DNA of 39,475 bases from Octopus bimaculoides (Eukaryota): assembly GCF_001194135.2 (NCBI RefSeq), contig NC_068983.1, positions 160,502,156 to 160,541,630 on the forward strand, in the 5' to 3' direction. A program made the translations under genes and the position numbers. Below the pieces are notes generated by a model. That model did no database searches, was not told the origin of the DNA, and saw only the letters and a program-made list of their open reading frames with translations. How positions within the stretch are numbered: position 1 is the stretch's first letter; each line of letters starts with the position of its first letter. Positions 22,860-35,097 of the stretch are shown in pieces.

Positions 22860-23558
22860 AATAAGATCACAAAGGAATAAACGATTACATTGGCTTACAA
22901 TTGCTTCTACTATAAGATACAGTGGACTCATAGTTGAGTGCTTCAGTAACACCGTCTAGCTTCATTGGAGCCCCAAATATATATATAACGAGACACCACT
23001 TGGCTGGTTAGTTCGCGGAACACCTCGGAGACATCCAACTCAGCAATGACACCCCGGTCTCACACCATTTCCGCTCTACTGGTCACGCTTTGCAACATCT
23101 GTCTACGTTCAGATTGTCCTTGCACAGGGGCCATGCAGACTCTTGTTTTCGCTGTGAACACAGATTAATCTTCTTTCTTCGCACCTTTGTGCCACATGGA
23201 CTCAACTCTCCTCCCCTCTTCATCTAACCCTCTTCTCCTCTCCTCTATCCCTCTCACACCTACTTCCTCTCATCCACCTCTCCTCTCTTGCTCCCGACTC
23301 CTACTTCACTTCTACACTCCTCTTTTTTCTTCACTCTTACACACCTTCTCCCTTTCCCCTCTCCTTTCATTGTCACCCCTCCCTCGTAACCCTACCCCTA
23401 CACAATCCAACCCATCTTCCTTATTCATCCCATCCACCCCCACCCCACCCCATCCTTTACACCCACTCTCACATACTCCATCTCTACCCCCACCCTCAGC
23501 CTAACCCCCACACACCCACACACCCACCTCTACCCCCACCCTCAGTCTAATCCACACC
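22860..23558 (+). mobile_element. PLE 3' fragment (GIY-YIG C-terminus, CT-rich UTR) preceded by an inverted hammerhead-bearing segment
   Basis: 22985-23227 reads LAG*FAEHLGDIQLSNDTPVSHHFRSTGH...EHRLIFFLRTFVPHGLNSPPLFI*; the UTR runs into a gap. Confidence 0.75.
22892..22972 (-). ncRNA. Decayed hammerhead-like motif with extended stem II
   Basis: GGCT-CCAATGA-A-GCTA..ACGGTG..ACTCA acta TGAGT..CACTGT..TAGT-A-GAAG-CAATTG-TA-AGCC. Confidence 0.45.
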
Positions 23559-23640
23559 NNNNNNNNNNNNNNNNNNNNNNNNNNNNNNNNNNNNNNNNNN
23601 NNNNNNNNNNNNNNNNNNNNNNNNNNNNNNNNNNNNNNNN
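23559..23640. other. Assembly gap (N run)
   Basis: Run of N. Confidence 1.
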
Positions 23641-23669
23641 CACACCCTACCCTTGCTTTCCCCACTCTC

Positions 23670-23765
23670 GCCAAATCCACTCACAAGGCTTTGGTTGGTC
23701 TGAGGCTAAATGAACCTGAAACCATGTGGTTGGGAAGCAACTTTCTTACCACCAAGCCATATAGC
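23670..23765 (-). mobile_element. tRNA-derived SINE 5' fragment
   Basis: ccaaatccactcacaaggctttggttggtctgaggcta...aaccatgtggttgggaagcaactttcttaccac. Confidence 0.7.
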
Positions 23766-24380
23766 TTTGTCAATCAAGGCATATCAGCTAAGGTCTTACA
23801 CACCAGTAAGAAAGAAGCTAACAAATTTCTGTCTTCAAAGTAAAATACCTTGTAGTATTAACACCAGCTGAGCTTCACAGACACTTTTTTGCTCATATAT
23901 CAGAAATACAGTGAATTAATAAATGTCCTGTTGGAAACCTACAATCAATGGTAGAATAGTTCACAAAATAAGCATTAAACTGCTGGTAAACATACATATA
24001 TAATAAATCATAGAGGTGGGAAATGGAATACACAGGAAACTTTATTGCTCACAACAACTGTTTCAATACATCTTGCATCGATCTCTCATGGATAGAAAAC
24101 TATATGACTAGTTGTGGTGCATCCCTTGGTGCAGAGGCATCTTGTCAGGTGACATAATGAGAGGCATTTCATTACATGAAATATTTTATTTGGATTTAAT
24201 ACAGCATATTGTTTATGTCAGTAGATTAAGGCTGTTGGGCAGGAATGGTGAGGGACAGATTTCATTGCTAAGTTCTAGATACAGACAGGGAGTAATTAAG
24301 AAAAATAATAAGAATAATGAGAATAAAACATACAATAAAGTAAAGCATTAGGTGTGTAAGTACCAAGATATAGTTACCAA

Positions 24381-24610
24381 GGCAGCAAGCCGGCAGAAAC
24401 ATTAGCACGCCGGGCGAAATACTTATTGGTATTTTGTCTGCCGTTATGTTGTGAGTTCAAATTCCGCCAAGGTCGACTTTGTTTTTCATCCTTTCGGGGT
24501 CGATAAATTAAGTACCAGTTACACATTGGGGTCGATGTAATCGACTTAATCCCTTTGTCTGTCTTTGTTTGTCTCATCTGTGTTTAGCCCCTTGTGGGTA
24601 ATAAAGAAAT
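24381..24610 (+). mobile_element. Full-length SINE (7690-type) with perfect 13-bp TSD
   Basis: TSD aagatatagttac at 24365-24377 and 24611-24623; the body matches the 7690 copy. Confidence 0.9.
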
Positions 24611-25089
24611 AAGATATAGTTACTTCCATACCCACACTTTTAGTACATATATATATATATATATATATACACCCTCAAGATACAGTAAGTGTTAGTATAG
24701 CTACTATAGTTATAGTGACACAGCAGTAGCACACAGCAGTATTCAGTGTAAAATTATGCTACCACTAGTGCAGCACACATCCAAAATGTGCAGTTTAACA
24801 AAGTTATATAGCAATATCTACTTCTGCACCCATTATACCTTCTATCTACCCAGCTACAGTACCAATAATGTAACATCCACTTTTGCAATAATTGCAATTA
24901 TTACTACTGCATTCTTCTACCCATTTGTTTGACAAGTGGTGAGAAAAGATAATGCAGTACCTGCTAATATTGTATCTATACTGGTCCACCTTCTGCAAAA
25001 ATGGGTGTAACAGTAACTACAGCAGCTAGTAGCAATGCTATGACAATTTATTGTATATCACTGTGTTTGTAATATAAATTTCCATCTAT

Positions 25090-25400
25090 CATTACAACAG
25101 TAACATTAATAAGGTTTTACACTGCTGTTGCAGCAAACTACCCAGGTGTAACAAAAGCTGCTGCAACATCTTTCCCTGAAAGTGCAACTCTATTCCTAGA
25201 ACTGTAACAATAGCTGCAACTAGCTGCTAGTATTGCTAGTGCAATATTCTATCCAAGGGTGTAGAATAAGTTACAGAATATACCAGCAATATTGTAACCA
25301 CAACCTTCTCTGTAGAAATGTAACTCCAGCTGGTGAAACTACTAACATTACCAGTGCACCACTCTATCTAGTAGTGTAACAATAGCTATAGTAACTACTA
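25090..25400. repeat. Degenerate minisatellite, period about 57 bp
   Basis: Core tgtaacaatagct-like at 25147, 25203, 25260, 25319 and 25375. Confidence 0.6.
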
Positions 25401-25624
25401 TCACTCCCACCTTCACCCTCCCCCCACACTACTGCCACACCAAAACACCAATCTCTGCTGCTCACTGCTCTATTGTACCAGTCTTGCCTTCCCCTGCCAC
25501 ACTATCAATTATGCAGCAAAATATGCTGAATAAGCCCGGAATAACCAAATCAATAGAGCTAAATGATTTTGTGCTGAACGGAGAAGGAAGGAAAGAGCTT
25601 TGAGAACTGCAGTGTTGATACTGC

Positions 25625-25930
25625 AGTTGTTGTTGTTGCTGTTGTCATCATTGTTGTTATTTTCCTTGATTTTGTAGTTGATACTGCTGATGTTGTTGTT
25701 GTTAATACTGTTGAGGTTATTACTTGTGTTCTACTTGCTGTTGTTTTTGTTGTTGTTGTTGCTGATGTTATCAGTGAAATTTCTCTCTGTGTTGTTGAGT
25801 CCTGTTATTTTTCTTCTTTCTGGTGTGGTTGTTTATTACAACTGTTGTTGTTACTGCTGTTACAAATGTCATTCCTCTTATGTCTGTGATTGCTAGTCTT
25901 ACTGCTAATACTGTTGTTGTTATTGTTAAT
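25625..25930. repeat. (TTG/CTG)n-rich low-complexity tract
   Basis: Direct reading; gives the poly-Leu ORF at 25678. Confidence 0.8.
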
Positions 25931-26699
25931 ATTTTTGATACAGCTATTCTATGGAGTCTGACAAATTTGAGTTCAAATCCTTGTTATTATTTCATCAATT
26001 CTCTATTGCTAGTAAATTAAGTATCAATTATTCTGTAGGGAATAAACAAATTGCTTAAACACCCTAGTAATTTACTAACACCCTAGCCATTTATTAACTC
26101 AAATCATGATAGTACCTCAATGGTACATGGCCAGAACCATTAATATTGTGTCAGACAAAATGCCTTGTGGTAGCTTAATTATGGTAATTTACTTTATGAG
26201 CTAAAATTTCACCAAGATCAACTTTGCCTTTCAACCCTCAGCTGATAAAATAAAGTACCAATCAAATACCTGGGTTGAATCATATTCCTATAACGCATAC
26301 TAAATGTGGATGAAATTATAATTGCAAATCCTTTAAGATACAGAATTAATAGCAGTAAAATATGTATTTAGAATAGACAATATTAATATATGTATGTATG
26401 GAACAATACAAATGGTGTATCTTAGAAATGCCATATCATTAGAATGACATGTATTTACTGCCATACATGTAACACCACAGAACCAAACATTACCTCATGG
26501 ATGTGCAACAAGGTCATAAATTTCTGGGGTACATGACATAACTGTCATACTATACTTACATATTGCATTCAACTATTTGATCAGTTCTATTCAACATGTA
26601 AAGGCAAAAATAGAAGATCGTACAAGTTTTTAGGCTGTGAGTTCAAATTCCCTGGAGAGGATAGCTAATGCTGCTGGTCACTATTGATCAATAATGATT

Positions 26700-26900
26700 T
26701 CTCAATGCAGTACCTGACCTGCTAGATCTAGCAGTTAAATTTCCTGCCAACTTAAGAATGAAAACATATATTGGATAATGTAGTTCTAAAATAACTGGTT
26801 TAAAAATAATTATGAGACAATCGTGGCTGTAATATCTTTGATTATAGCTCTACTCTCCCAAAGCTGATCTGTGACCTAAGCAAGAAGCTCAGTTCACTTA
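26700..26900 (+). mobile_element. Old SINE 3' segment
   Basis: tgacctgctagatctagcagttaaat...ttggataatgtagttcta...tggctgtaatatctttgattatag. Confidence 0.45.
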
Positions 26901-26975
26901 GATATCAGCTTATTGTACAAAAAGATCAACAAGGCCAATTTTCACAACCACCATCAATAACCATTGATAAATATT

Positions 26976-27189
26976 CTTTTCTACACTAGGCACAAGGCCT
27001 GAAATTTTTGGGCGAGTGGGCCAGTCAATTAGATAAACTCCAATATGCAACTGGCACTTAATTTATCGCCCCCGAAAGGATGAAAGGCAAAGTTGACCTT
27101 GGCGGAATTTGAACTCAGAACGTAAAGACAGACGAAATACCACGAAGCGTTTTGCCCAGCATGTTAATGTTTCTACCAGGTTACCGCCT
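26976..27189 (-). mobile_element. SINE (7690-type head and core, different tail) with 18-bp TSD
   Basis: TSD taaccattga(t/g)aaatatt at 26958-26975 and 27190-27207; core ccgaaaggatgaaaggcaaagttgaccttggcggaatttgaactcag. Confidence 0.85.
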
Positions 27190-27286
27190 TAACCATTGAG
27201 AAATATTATCCAAGTAATTAACTCAGTTTAAGGCAAAAATAAAAGGTATTATAGTGGTTTATTCTTTGAGAATTCTTGATTATCAG

Positions 27287-27389
27287 TGGAGAGGTATAGA
27301 TATCTTTATGCAAAACAGAAAAAGGATGAAGCACCCTATGGATTTAGTATCAACATTGAACTCAACATTTATGAGCTTCTAATGCAACA
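27287..27389 (+). CDS. Candidate coding exon, unidentified gene
   Basis: Acceptor ttcttgattatcag|; open frame ERYRYLYAKQKKDEAPYGFSINIELNIYELLMQ; phase-compatible with the 15580 exon; donor CA|gtatat is weak. Confidence 0.3.
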
Positions 27390-28149
27390 GTATATTGACT
27401 CAGCTATTTCACTTTTACTACTGCACTGGTGTATAGGCTAAACAGATATTTATTCGTCTTCATTCTTTATTTATCTCCATACCTAAAGTCTATTCAAAGA
27501 AGATTGGCCAGGACTATTCACAGGCAACAGTATCAATAATTAAGACAAGCATATCAATAAATTACTTCAATAAGATGATCCAGTAATTAACCGATCATCT
27601 ATAGCCATGAATTAATTCCTAGTTATAAGAGAAAGTAACAACCTCAAAAACTCTATATCAGAAGTTGGCAATAGAGAACCTCTATAAGCACAAGGAGAGA
27701 TTAATTTCTAATGATTTCATAATGCAGCTCATGGTTAGATTTTGTGAGAGGAAATGTTTGGAGCTGAGTGAATTAAACCTAGTAGAATGTTAGCAGTACT
27801 TTGATAAACCTCAAGAGGAATAAATTGCAATGGTGAATTGAATTCAAATGCATATACAAATACATACATATGTGTGTGTGCACATATATGTATATGTGTA
27901 TGTTTGTATATATATGTACATATGTATATGTATGAATTTTTTTTTTTTTTTAGCAAAACGAAGATGAGATCAATAGATGTATTGCTTCATCATAGAGCTC
28001 ACCAGTGGAGCCTGATCTTTTGAAACCTGATTGATCAGTGGATGTAGAGGTTTTCATTTTTTACATTTTACTTGTTTTAGTCATTGCTACTTATTCAGCA
28101 TGGCATTTATTCTGTTCATCTCTTTTTGCTAAACCTCTAAGTTATGAGG

Positions 28150-28244
28150 ACATAAACAAGCCAACATTGGTTGTCAAATGGTATTGGTGGACAAACACTA
28201 ACACACACAGATATTTATATATATATATGATATATATGTACACA

Positions 28245-28297
<53 letters not shown>

Positions 28298-28392
28298 ACA
28301 TATATACCAGGCTTCTTTCAGTTTCTGTCTATCAAATCCCCTCACAAGGCTTTAGTCACCTTGGGGCTATAGTAGAAGACATTTGCTCAAAC
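28150..28392 (-). mobile_element. tRNA-derived SINE with central (CA)n, head missing
   Basis: ggcttctttcagtttctgtctatcaaatcccctcacaaggcttt...gctatagtagaagacatttgctcaa. Confidence 0.7.
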
Positions 28393-28399
28393 TGGAATA

Positions 28400-29985
28400 A
28401 TAAATTGATTATCTAACAAATTGTAAAACTAAAACCAGTTTCATCTGTGGACTTCCCAAAATCCACAAAAGTAAAGCAGAGAATCACACCCAGCCTGCAT
28501 AAACATATCCTTTCAGAAGGATCTCAAATTAAGACCAATTGTGGTAAACCCAGCCTGTAAAACTTACAGACTTAGCAACTTCCTTGACATACTGCTAAAA
28601 TCTTTCTTAAAATTGATACCAAGCTTCATAATAGATTACTTAGACCTAATTAAGCATCTCCCCCCAAAAAGTTAACAAGGAGACCAACAAATATCTGGAA
28701 CTGCAATGGGTACAAAAATTGCCCCAACGTATACTAAGTAAGTCATGGCATATCTAGAAGTCCACAGGTATGAACAAGCCAAAAAGAAGTACAGTATCAA
28801 CTTTCAAAATTACCTGGTGAATAATTAGAAATGATAATTAAATGTGTTTTATTCTGTGGACATACAACTTAGATGAGCTCAATGATTTCAAATTCCTACT
28901 CAACAGAAAATTCCTACTCAACAGAAAATTCAGTAATAATCAAATTCTCTTCTTGGACATTTCGATTATTGAGACTGGTTTAAACATAAAACCAGCATCT
29001 GCTACAAACCAACAGACTCTTAACAGTATAAACAGAACCTACTGTTTTCTTCATGCCATCCAAACATACCAAATCCAATATTCCACTTAACCTAATTAGA
29101 AGAACACAAACAATTATCTCCAGTCAAGATGTTCTGAATAAAAGACTCCTTCAATTAAAACTGCCCCTACTCGAAAGAAATTTCCCATCTACTCTAACAG
29201 AGAATTGAATAGAACATATGAAATCATTAGACATTGAAAATTTACAAAAACCAAAACAGTTCAGATACACCCAAAAATTTATCTTTAATTACAACATGCC
29301 ACCAAGGAATATACAAATATTGAGCATTATCCATTAGAACATTCCATTATTGAGTCAAATCCCAAGACTGAAAACACACTTGACTCACACAAAATGATTA
29401 AATGCTTAAGACAACTCAAGTCCCCCGCAAAAAAACTACTCACCAATACGAAACTACCAACTATGAACTGAATTCCAGCTGTTAAAAAGTGTGGCTGATC
29501 CAGGTGTGGAATTTGTGAGAACCTTATTGAAGACACAACTTATAATTTCAAATGTAAACAAGTTTTTACTCTGCAAAACCATTTTACTTGTTCTTCAAAA
29601 AGAAAATGCAATGGATACAGGGAAGACTATTTCAGACAAATTAAATTCACTTGAAGAACAAGATTAAATATCCATCATCAACAGATAAATGATCTCCAAA
29701 TTAGACAGATTCTGCTTAGTGAACATCTACACACATGCTTGAAAATAAAATCTCCCAAACTTCTTGTCTTCCCACTCTATTGATGTACAGCCAATATCCC
29801 AAACCAAACAAGAATTAATAAGGTAAATTCATTTATTAAAAAATACAAGCCACTGCTGAACAAGCCATAAAAACATTAGTAATACACAATTCTCCTTTTC
29901 CTATGAATTAATTATTGTATGATGTCTACATGGTCTCATTCTGAAGAAAATCAAAATTCATGTAGCAGCTGTCATCTATTTTATT
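28400..29985 (+). mobile_element. Old Penelope-like element (RT and GIY-YIG relic), different lineage from the 18186 copy
   Basis: GLPKIHK (28449-28469); DLKLRPIV...RLSNFLDILLK; QISGTAMGTKIAPTY; CFILW; FLD; SSCHP; KCG*SRCGIC; ends FIKKYKPLLNKP* at 29870. Many stops. Confidence 0.85.
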
Positions 29986-30582
29986 TGAGCCACGGCTTAT
30001 TGTCTTACGTATCCCACACCTAGTTAACAAAGAAGAGATATCTTGCAACATGTTCAGTTGGAGTGAACAAGATCTAATTGATAACATTATTCTTTGACAG
30101 AATAATAAATAAAAATTATCCTTAACACTTTTATGTAAGCAATTATTATATATCTTATTCATATCTTGCTTTTCTGTCATTTTACTTATTCAATGGAGAA
30201 AATCTTTTATGTGACCTACTCCCACAAGTGCCAGATAAGCTTGATACATGAACGTTGACCAATCAATTTGTGCATGAATGGATTGTATTCTGAGGTACAT
30301 CCTAATTTAAAAACAAACTATCCTTATAAGAACAGCCAGGATAAATACAAACTATTCTTATAAGAACAGCCAGGATAAATACAAATTACTACACAGCTCT
30401 GTGTACTATTCTCTTTTGAAAATCTAATGAGAAACTGGTAATTAATTCTAATATATTCTCTGTGTATTTTCAACTTCATTTCTTTTATTCCTCCACTTGT
30501 TTGGATTAATAACAATTTATACATTCATACATACATAAACACACTTACATACACACACACACACACACACATACATACACAC

Positions 30583-30800
30583 AGAAACGTTAGCACGCCG
30601 GACAAAATGCTTAGCGGTATTTCGTCTGCCGCTACGTTCTGAGTTCAAATTCCACCGAGGTCGACTTTGCCTTTCATCCTTTCGGGGTCGATTAAATAAG
30701 TACCAGTTACGCACTGGGGTCGGTATAATCGACTTAATCCATTTGTCTGTCCTTGTTTGTCCCCTCTGTGTGTAGTCCGATGTGGGTAGTAAAGAAATAA
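30583..30800 (+). mobile_element. Young SINE (7690-type), 5' end lost at a microsatellite
   Basis: cagaaacgttagcacgccggacaaaatgcttagcggtatttcg...gtcgactttgcctttcatcctttcggggtcg. Confidence 0.9.
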
Positions 30801-31049
30801 TACATACACACATACATATACAAATGCATAAATTATTATCATTAACTTCACCACCATTATTTTCACTCTTTAAGCATTTACTTTTCATGCTTGCAAGGAT
30901 TAGATGAGACTTGGTTGTGGCATCTTTGGTTGGATGCTTTTCCTGTTGCCAACTTTCACTTGTTTCCAAGCAGAAGATTGCAACCAAACAACATCATTTG
31001 TATGGTCAATGATTTTTTTTCATTCACAATCAGTATACACATACATCTA

Positions 31050-31101
<52 letters not shown>

Positions 31102-31124
31102 CGTGCATGTGTGTGTGTGTGTGT

Positions 31125-31730
31125 GTATCATCATCATCATCATCATCATTTAATGCCTATTTTCCATGCTGATACGGGTTGGACGGTTTGACAAGAGCTG
31201 ACTGACTGAAGGGCATTTCAAGCTCCATGTCTGTTTCGGCATGGCTTTTATGGCTGGATGCCCTTCCTAATACCAACCCCTTTATTGAGTGTACTAGGTG
31301 CTTTTATGCAGCACTAACATGGGTGCTTTTTACATGGTACCAACATCTATGAACTCACAAGATTAGGGTTGTTCAGCTGGAGAGGGTTGCAGGAGATGAA
31401 CCTGTATACACTTGGATGTATACACTTTACAAAGCCTTAAACTGGTGAGCATTGAGGAAGCAATACATCCTCAAACAGGATCTCTATATTTAGAGATTGG
31501 CACCTCTTGATGCTACTGTTCTCATTCATATGCATTACATGGCCACACCAGTGCAGCTTTCTCTCTTGCACACTACATCTGATACTACATATACCCAGTT
31601 TTCTCTCATATCACTTACACTCTGTTGTATATGGTCACTGACATTACCCAGCAAAGTATATTGGCTTCATTTCTTTCAAGTTTTCACATATCCACAGTAG
31701 TTACAGCCTATGTCTCATTGCTATGTAGCA
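31125..31730 (-). mobile_element. 5'-truncated RTE LINE fragment
   Basis: (CAT)n tail and ggatgcccttcctaatacc; minus strand of 31500-31720 reads SNET*AVT...KLERNEANILCW. Confidence 0.75.
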
Positions 31731-31745
31731 TATATGTATATATAT

Positions 31746-31804
<59 letters not shown>

Positions 31805-31972
31805 AATTTATATGCAAGCAGGGAAAATTGGATGCTAAAATTATGATGATGATGATATGCATATTTATATATACTTGCACACTTAGTAGTGTAGGTCTCG
31901 ATAGGTTAGAAAATTAGTGTTCTGTAACCAACAATAAAATTGTGCTATATTCATTCTCCATCTTCTTATTTG

Positions 31973-32009
<37 letters not shown>

Positions 32010-32917
32010 CACACGTGTGTGTGTTTGTGTGTATATGTATATATGTACACATGAATATATACACCTGCATGTATGTTTGCATGCACCTTGTTTTGGCCCA
32101 AGTTTGTGCAAGAGCATCGACATATATTTATATTTAAGTTGGCATTTGCTCTTTGTAGTACATAATTGGCTCTATCAAAGACTCACTTGTATTTTTTCCT
32201 ATAAATACATATGAAACTTCTACCAGGAACAAGCTTATAAGAGCAGACAACATGAAAGGGGCTAACAAACAGAAGCAAATGAAAAGAAGCTGGCAATGCT
32301 CCAGTGTGGTCAAGACCGTATTGTATAAATTTGCTACAGAATAAAATATCAGGAAATTATGCATTAACAAATATGCACAAATATTCACATGCATAAATAC
32401 ATAGCTAAATAGATATTTATTCATTTATATATACACCATTTCTTCACAAGTGATTTATGTTTAACTCATTTACCTAGAAGAAAAATGAAAATGAAACAAA
32501 ACAGTATTGGGTAAAGCAGTACTGCATATACCATTTGTTCTCAAGAAACAGTGTTTGCCTAATATACACTCACACATACACTCATACACACACAGACACA
32601 CACAGACACACACACAACAACAATAACAACAGTAGCAACAATAATAATAATAATTTTATGGAAATAATCTAGGGAATGAACTGCTGTACAGATCTTGACC
32701 TTTATAGTGTTGCAACAACAATTTATATTTATTAATTAATTAATTTATTTATTATTGTGGTTCATATTGAGCACACAGGAATATCTATTAAAGCATAGAC
32801 ATTAAGATAAAATGATTTATTATAATGATGGGAAAGCCATGGTTGGAAACTTTTATAATTCTTCTTTGGAATATTGGCACTCGAGGCACATCACATAAAG
32901 TTATAAATAATAGCGTA

Positions 32918-33067
32918 TAAATGCTGTGTTGACTATCCCTCTCGGATAGAAAAAGTTGAAGGTTGCTTGTTGGACATGAACCCACATCTGCTGTAGACAT
33001 GACAAGTTTTCAACACAGGCAGCTTTTCACTTTTTCTATCCAGAAGGGATTTTCAACCCAGTATTTA
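32918..33067 (+). other. Long imperfect inverted repeat (53-bp arms, 44-nt loop)
   Basis: Arms 32918-32970 and 33015-33067: 41/53 Watson-Crick, plus 6 G:U pairs on plus-strand RNA. Confidence 0.85.
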
Positions 33068-33182
33068 CAGGCTATCATTTATAGCTTTATATGTTGTGCC
33101 TTGAGAGTCAATATTCCAAAAAAGAATTATTTCATGTTATCTAAAAAGTTTATATATACTTAGAACTTTTTACATCATGTTT

Positions 33183-33560
33183 CATCATCATCATCATCAT
33201 CATCGTTTAACGTCCGCCTTCCATGCTAGAATGGGTTGGACGATTTGACTGAGGAATGGTGAACCGGATGGCTACACCAGACTCCAATCTAATTTGGCAG
33301 AGTTTCTACAGCTGGATGCCCTTCCTAACGCCAACCACTCCGAGAGTGTAGTGGGTGATTTTACGTGCCACCGGCACGAAGGCCAGTCAGGAAGTACTGG
33401 CAACGGCCACGCCCAAAATGGTGTATTTTACGTGCACAGGAGCCAGTCCAGCAGCACTGGCACGATCTTGCTCAAATGTCTTTACATATGCCACTGGCAC
33501 TCGTGCCAGGAAGGCGACGCGGGGCACAGGTGCTATCACGATTTCGCTTTCATTTCATTT
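33183..33560 (-). mobile_element. Young RTE-tail element
   Basis: (CAT)n gtttaacgtccgccttccatgctagaatggg...ggatgcccttcctaacgcc. Confidence 0.85.
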
Positions 33561-35097
33561 AATCCATTACTCTTTGTATTTTTTTTTTTTCAGGAGGCAG
33601 GGGCTATGCCCTTGACTCTTTACAAAACCATAAACTGGTGAGAATTTGGGAAACAATACATCCTCAAACAGGAAGATCTGGTTCAAATACTTGCAGCTGA
33701 GAAGATTTTGCTAAAGGCTCCTAAATACCAAGTGCTAGTGTTAAACAGAGCAATAGATTGTCTACCACCTAAATACCCAAAATGGATTACCTACCTCTTG
33801 AATTGTCTATCACACAAACTTTTCAATGCAGAGCTAACAAGAGTTATCCAACAAAAGAATGAGTACGATATTAACAATGAGATTCTTTTGGTCATACTAT
33901 TTTATCAGTTTATTTTTCTTTTGTGTCTCCAAACACAAGAATCAATCCAAGATTAATATTTGGTATTTTAAAGTATTTTTATATAGATTTCAAAGAGATT
34001 CAATAAAAGGTCATGACTTCCCAACTATGGTTTAAATTTTAACATTATTTCGACAACCTCATTTCTTTTCTTGTTTCTATTGTTATTCGTTATATAAGGA
34101 AGTTTTACAGATGTGCATCCTATAAGTGAAACTGTACTGTTCCTGAATGAGCTACTAGATACTGCCTACGTCAGTTACCTATCAAATTGAGAGGTAAAAT
34201 CAGAAAGAATGACAAATTTAATGGTTGAACACTGAAATGACTGGGAAAAGACTGTTGGAGACTTATCTATAGAACAAGATTGTATCCTCTTATGTGTGAT
34301 TAGAATGAAATAACTTTCCTGTAGGTTTGGTGGCTAATCTATCTGCCATTTATTATTTGCTGTTCTGAATTTTCAATGCTACATGTAATTGAACGAAAGT
34401 TTAACATGTATTTTGAAATTAATATTTGTTGGAAAAAGAAATTATGTTCTGGTTACACCCATGTCATACATAAAATGATAAAACACTACCTTCTTGCTTT
34501 ACCTACTTTAACCCACAACAAGTCACAGCCTACCTGAAGAAAGTTAGCATTAATAGGGGCACTGGGTTCATAAGATCATAAAATACAGAGAAAAGAAATA
34601 GAAGAAATGGAGTTGGATGAGAACTTCAACTCTCACTTAAGCAAGAATTTATTGTCTTAATACAGATAAGAGCAAGATTAGTTTGCAAGTTGATAAATGT
34701 AAGAAGCTATTGTTAATAATTCATTCTAGCACAGCAAGAAAACATTGAATACCATTGTCAGAAAACATAGTCAGTGTTATTCTGACAAAATATTTTGAAC
34801 ACAGTCCCATGCAGCTGAACAGATTTCATTTTATTCAAGTAATGGCCAACATTGCCACCCAAACTCTAAGCTTCCTAGGTATCTACTTAATGAACAGAAA
34901 GTCAACTGTAGACACTGAAAAGATCAAGTAAAACCCATTGTGCACTACTGCTTACATATCAAGTATGGTGTTCTAATCAGATATAGACACAACTAAGAAC
35001 ACATCCAGAACAAGGTGATTTAGCTAACTGGAAATAACTCATCTACAAATTTGCTTCAAAACTCATAGCTTGAAACAATGTAAGCATCACAATAAAA

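Noticed and set aside
30313-30380. Short tandem duplications (34 bp x2 here; 14 bp at about 539-567; 19 bp x3 at 12241-12297; 18 bp at about 28901-28932)
   Set aside because: Ordinary slippage duplications with no spacers, so not CRISPR-like or otherwise functional on present evidence.
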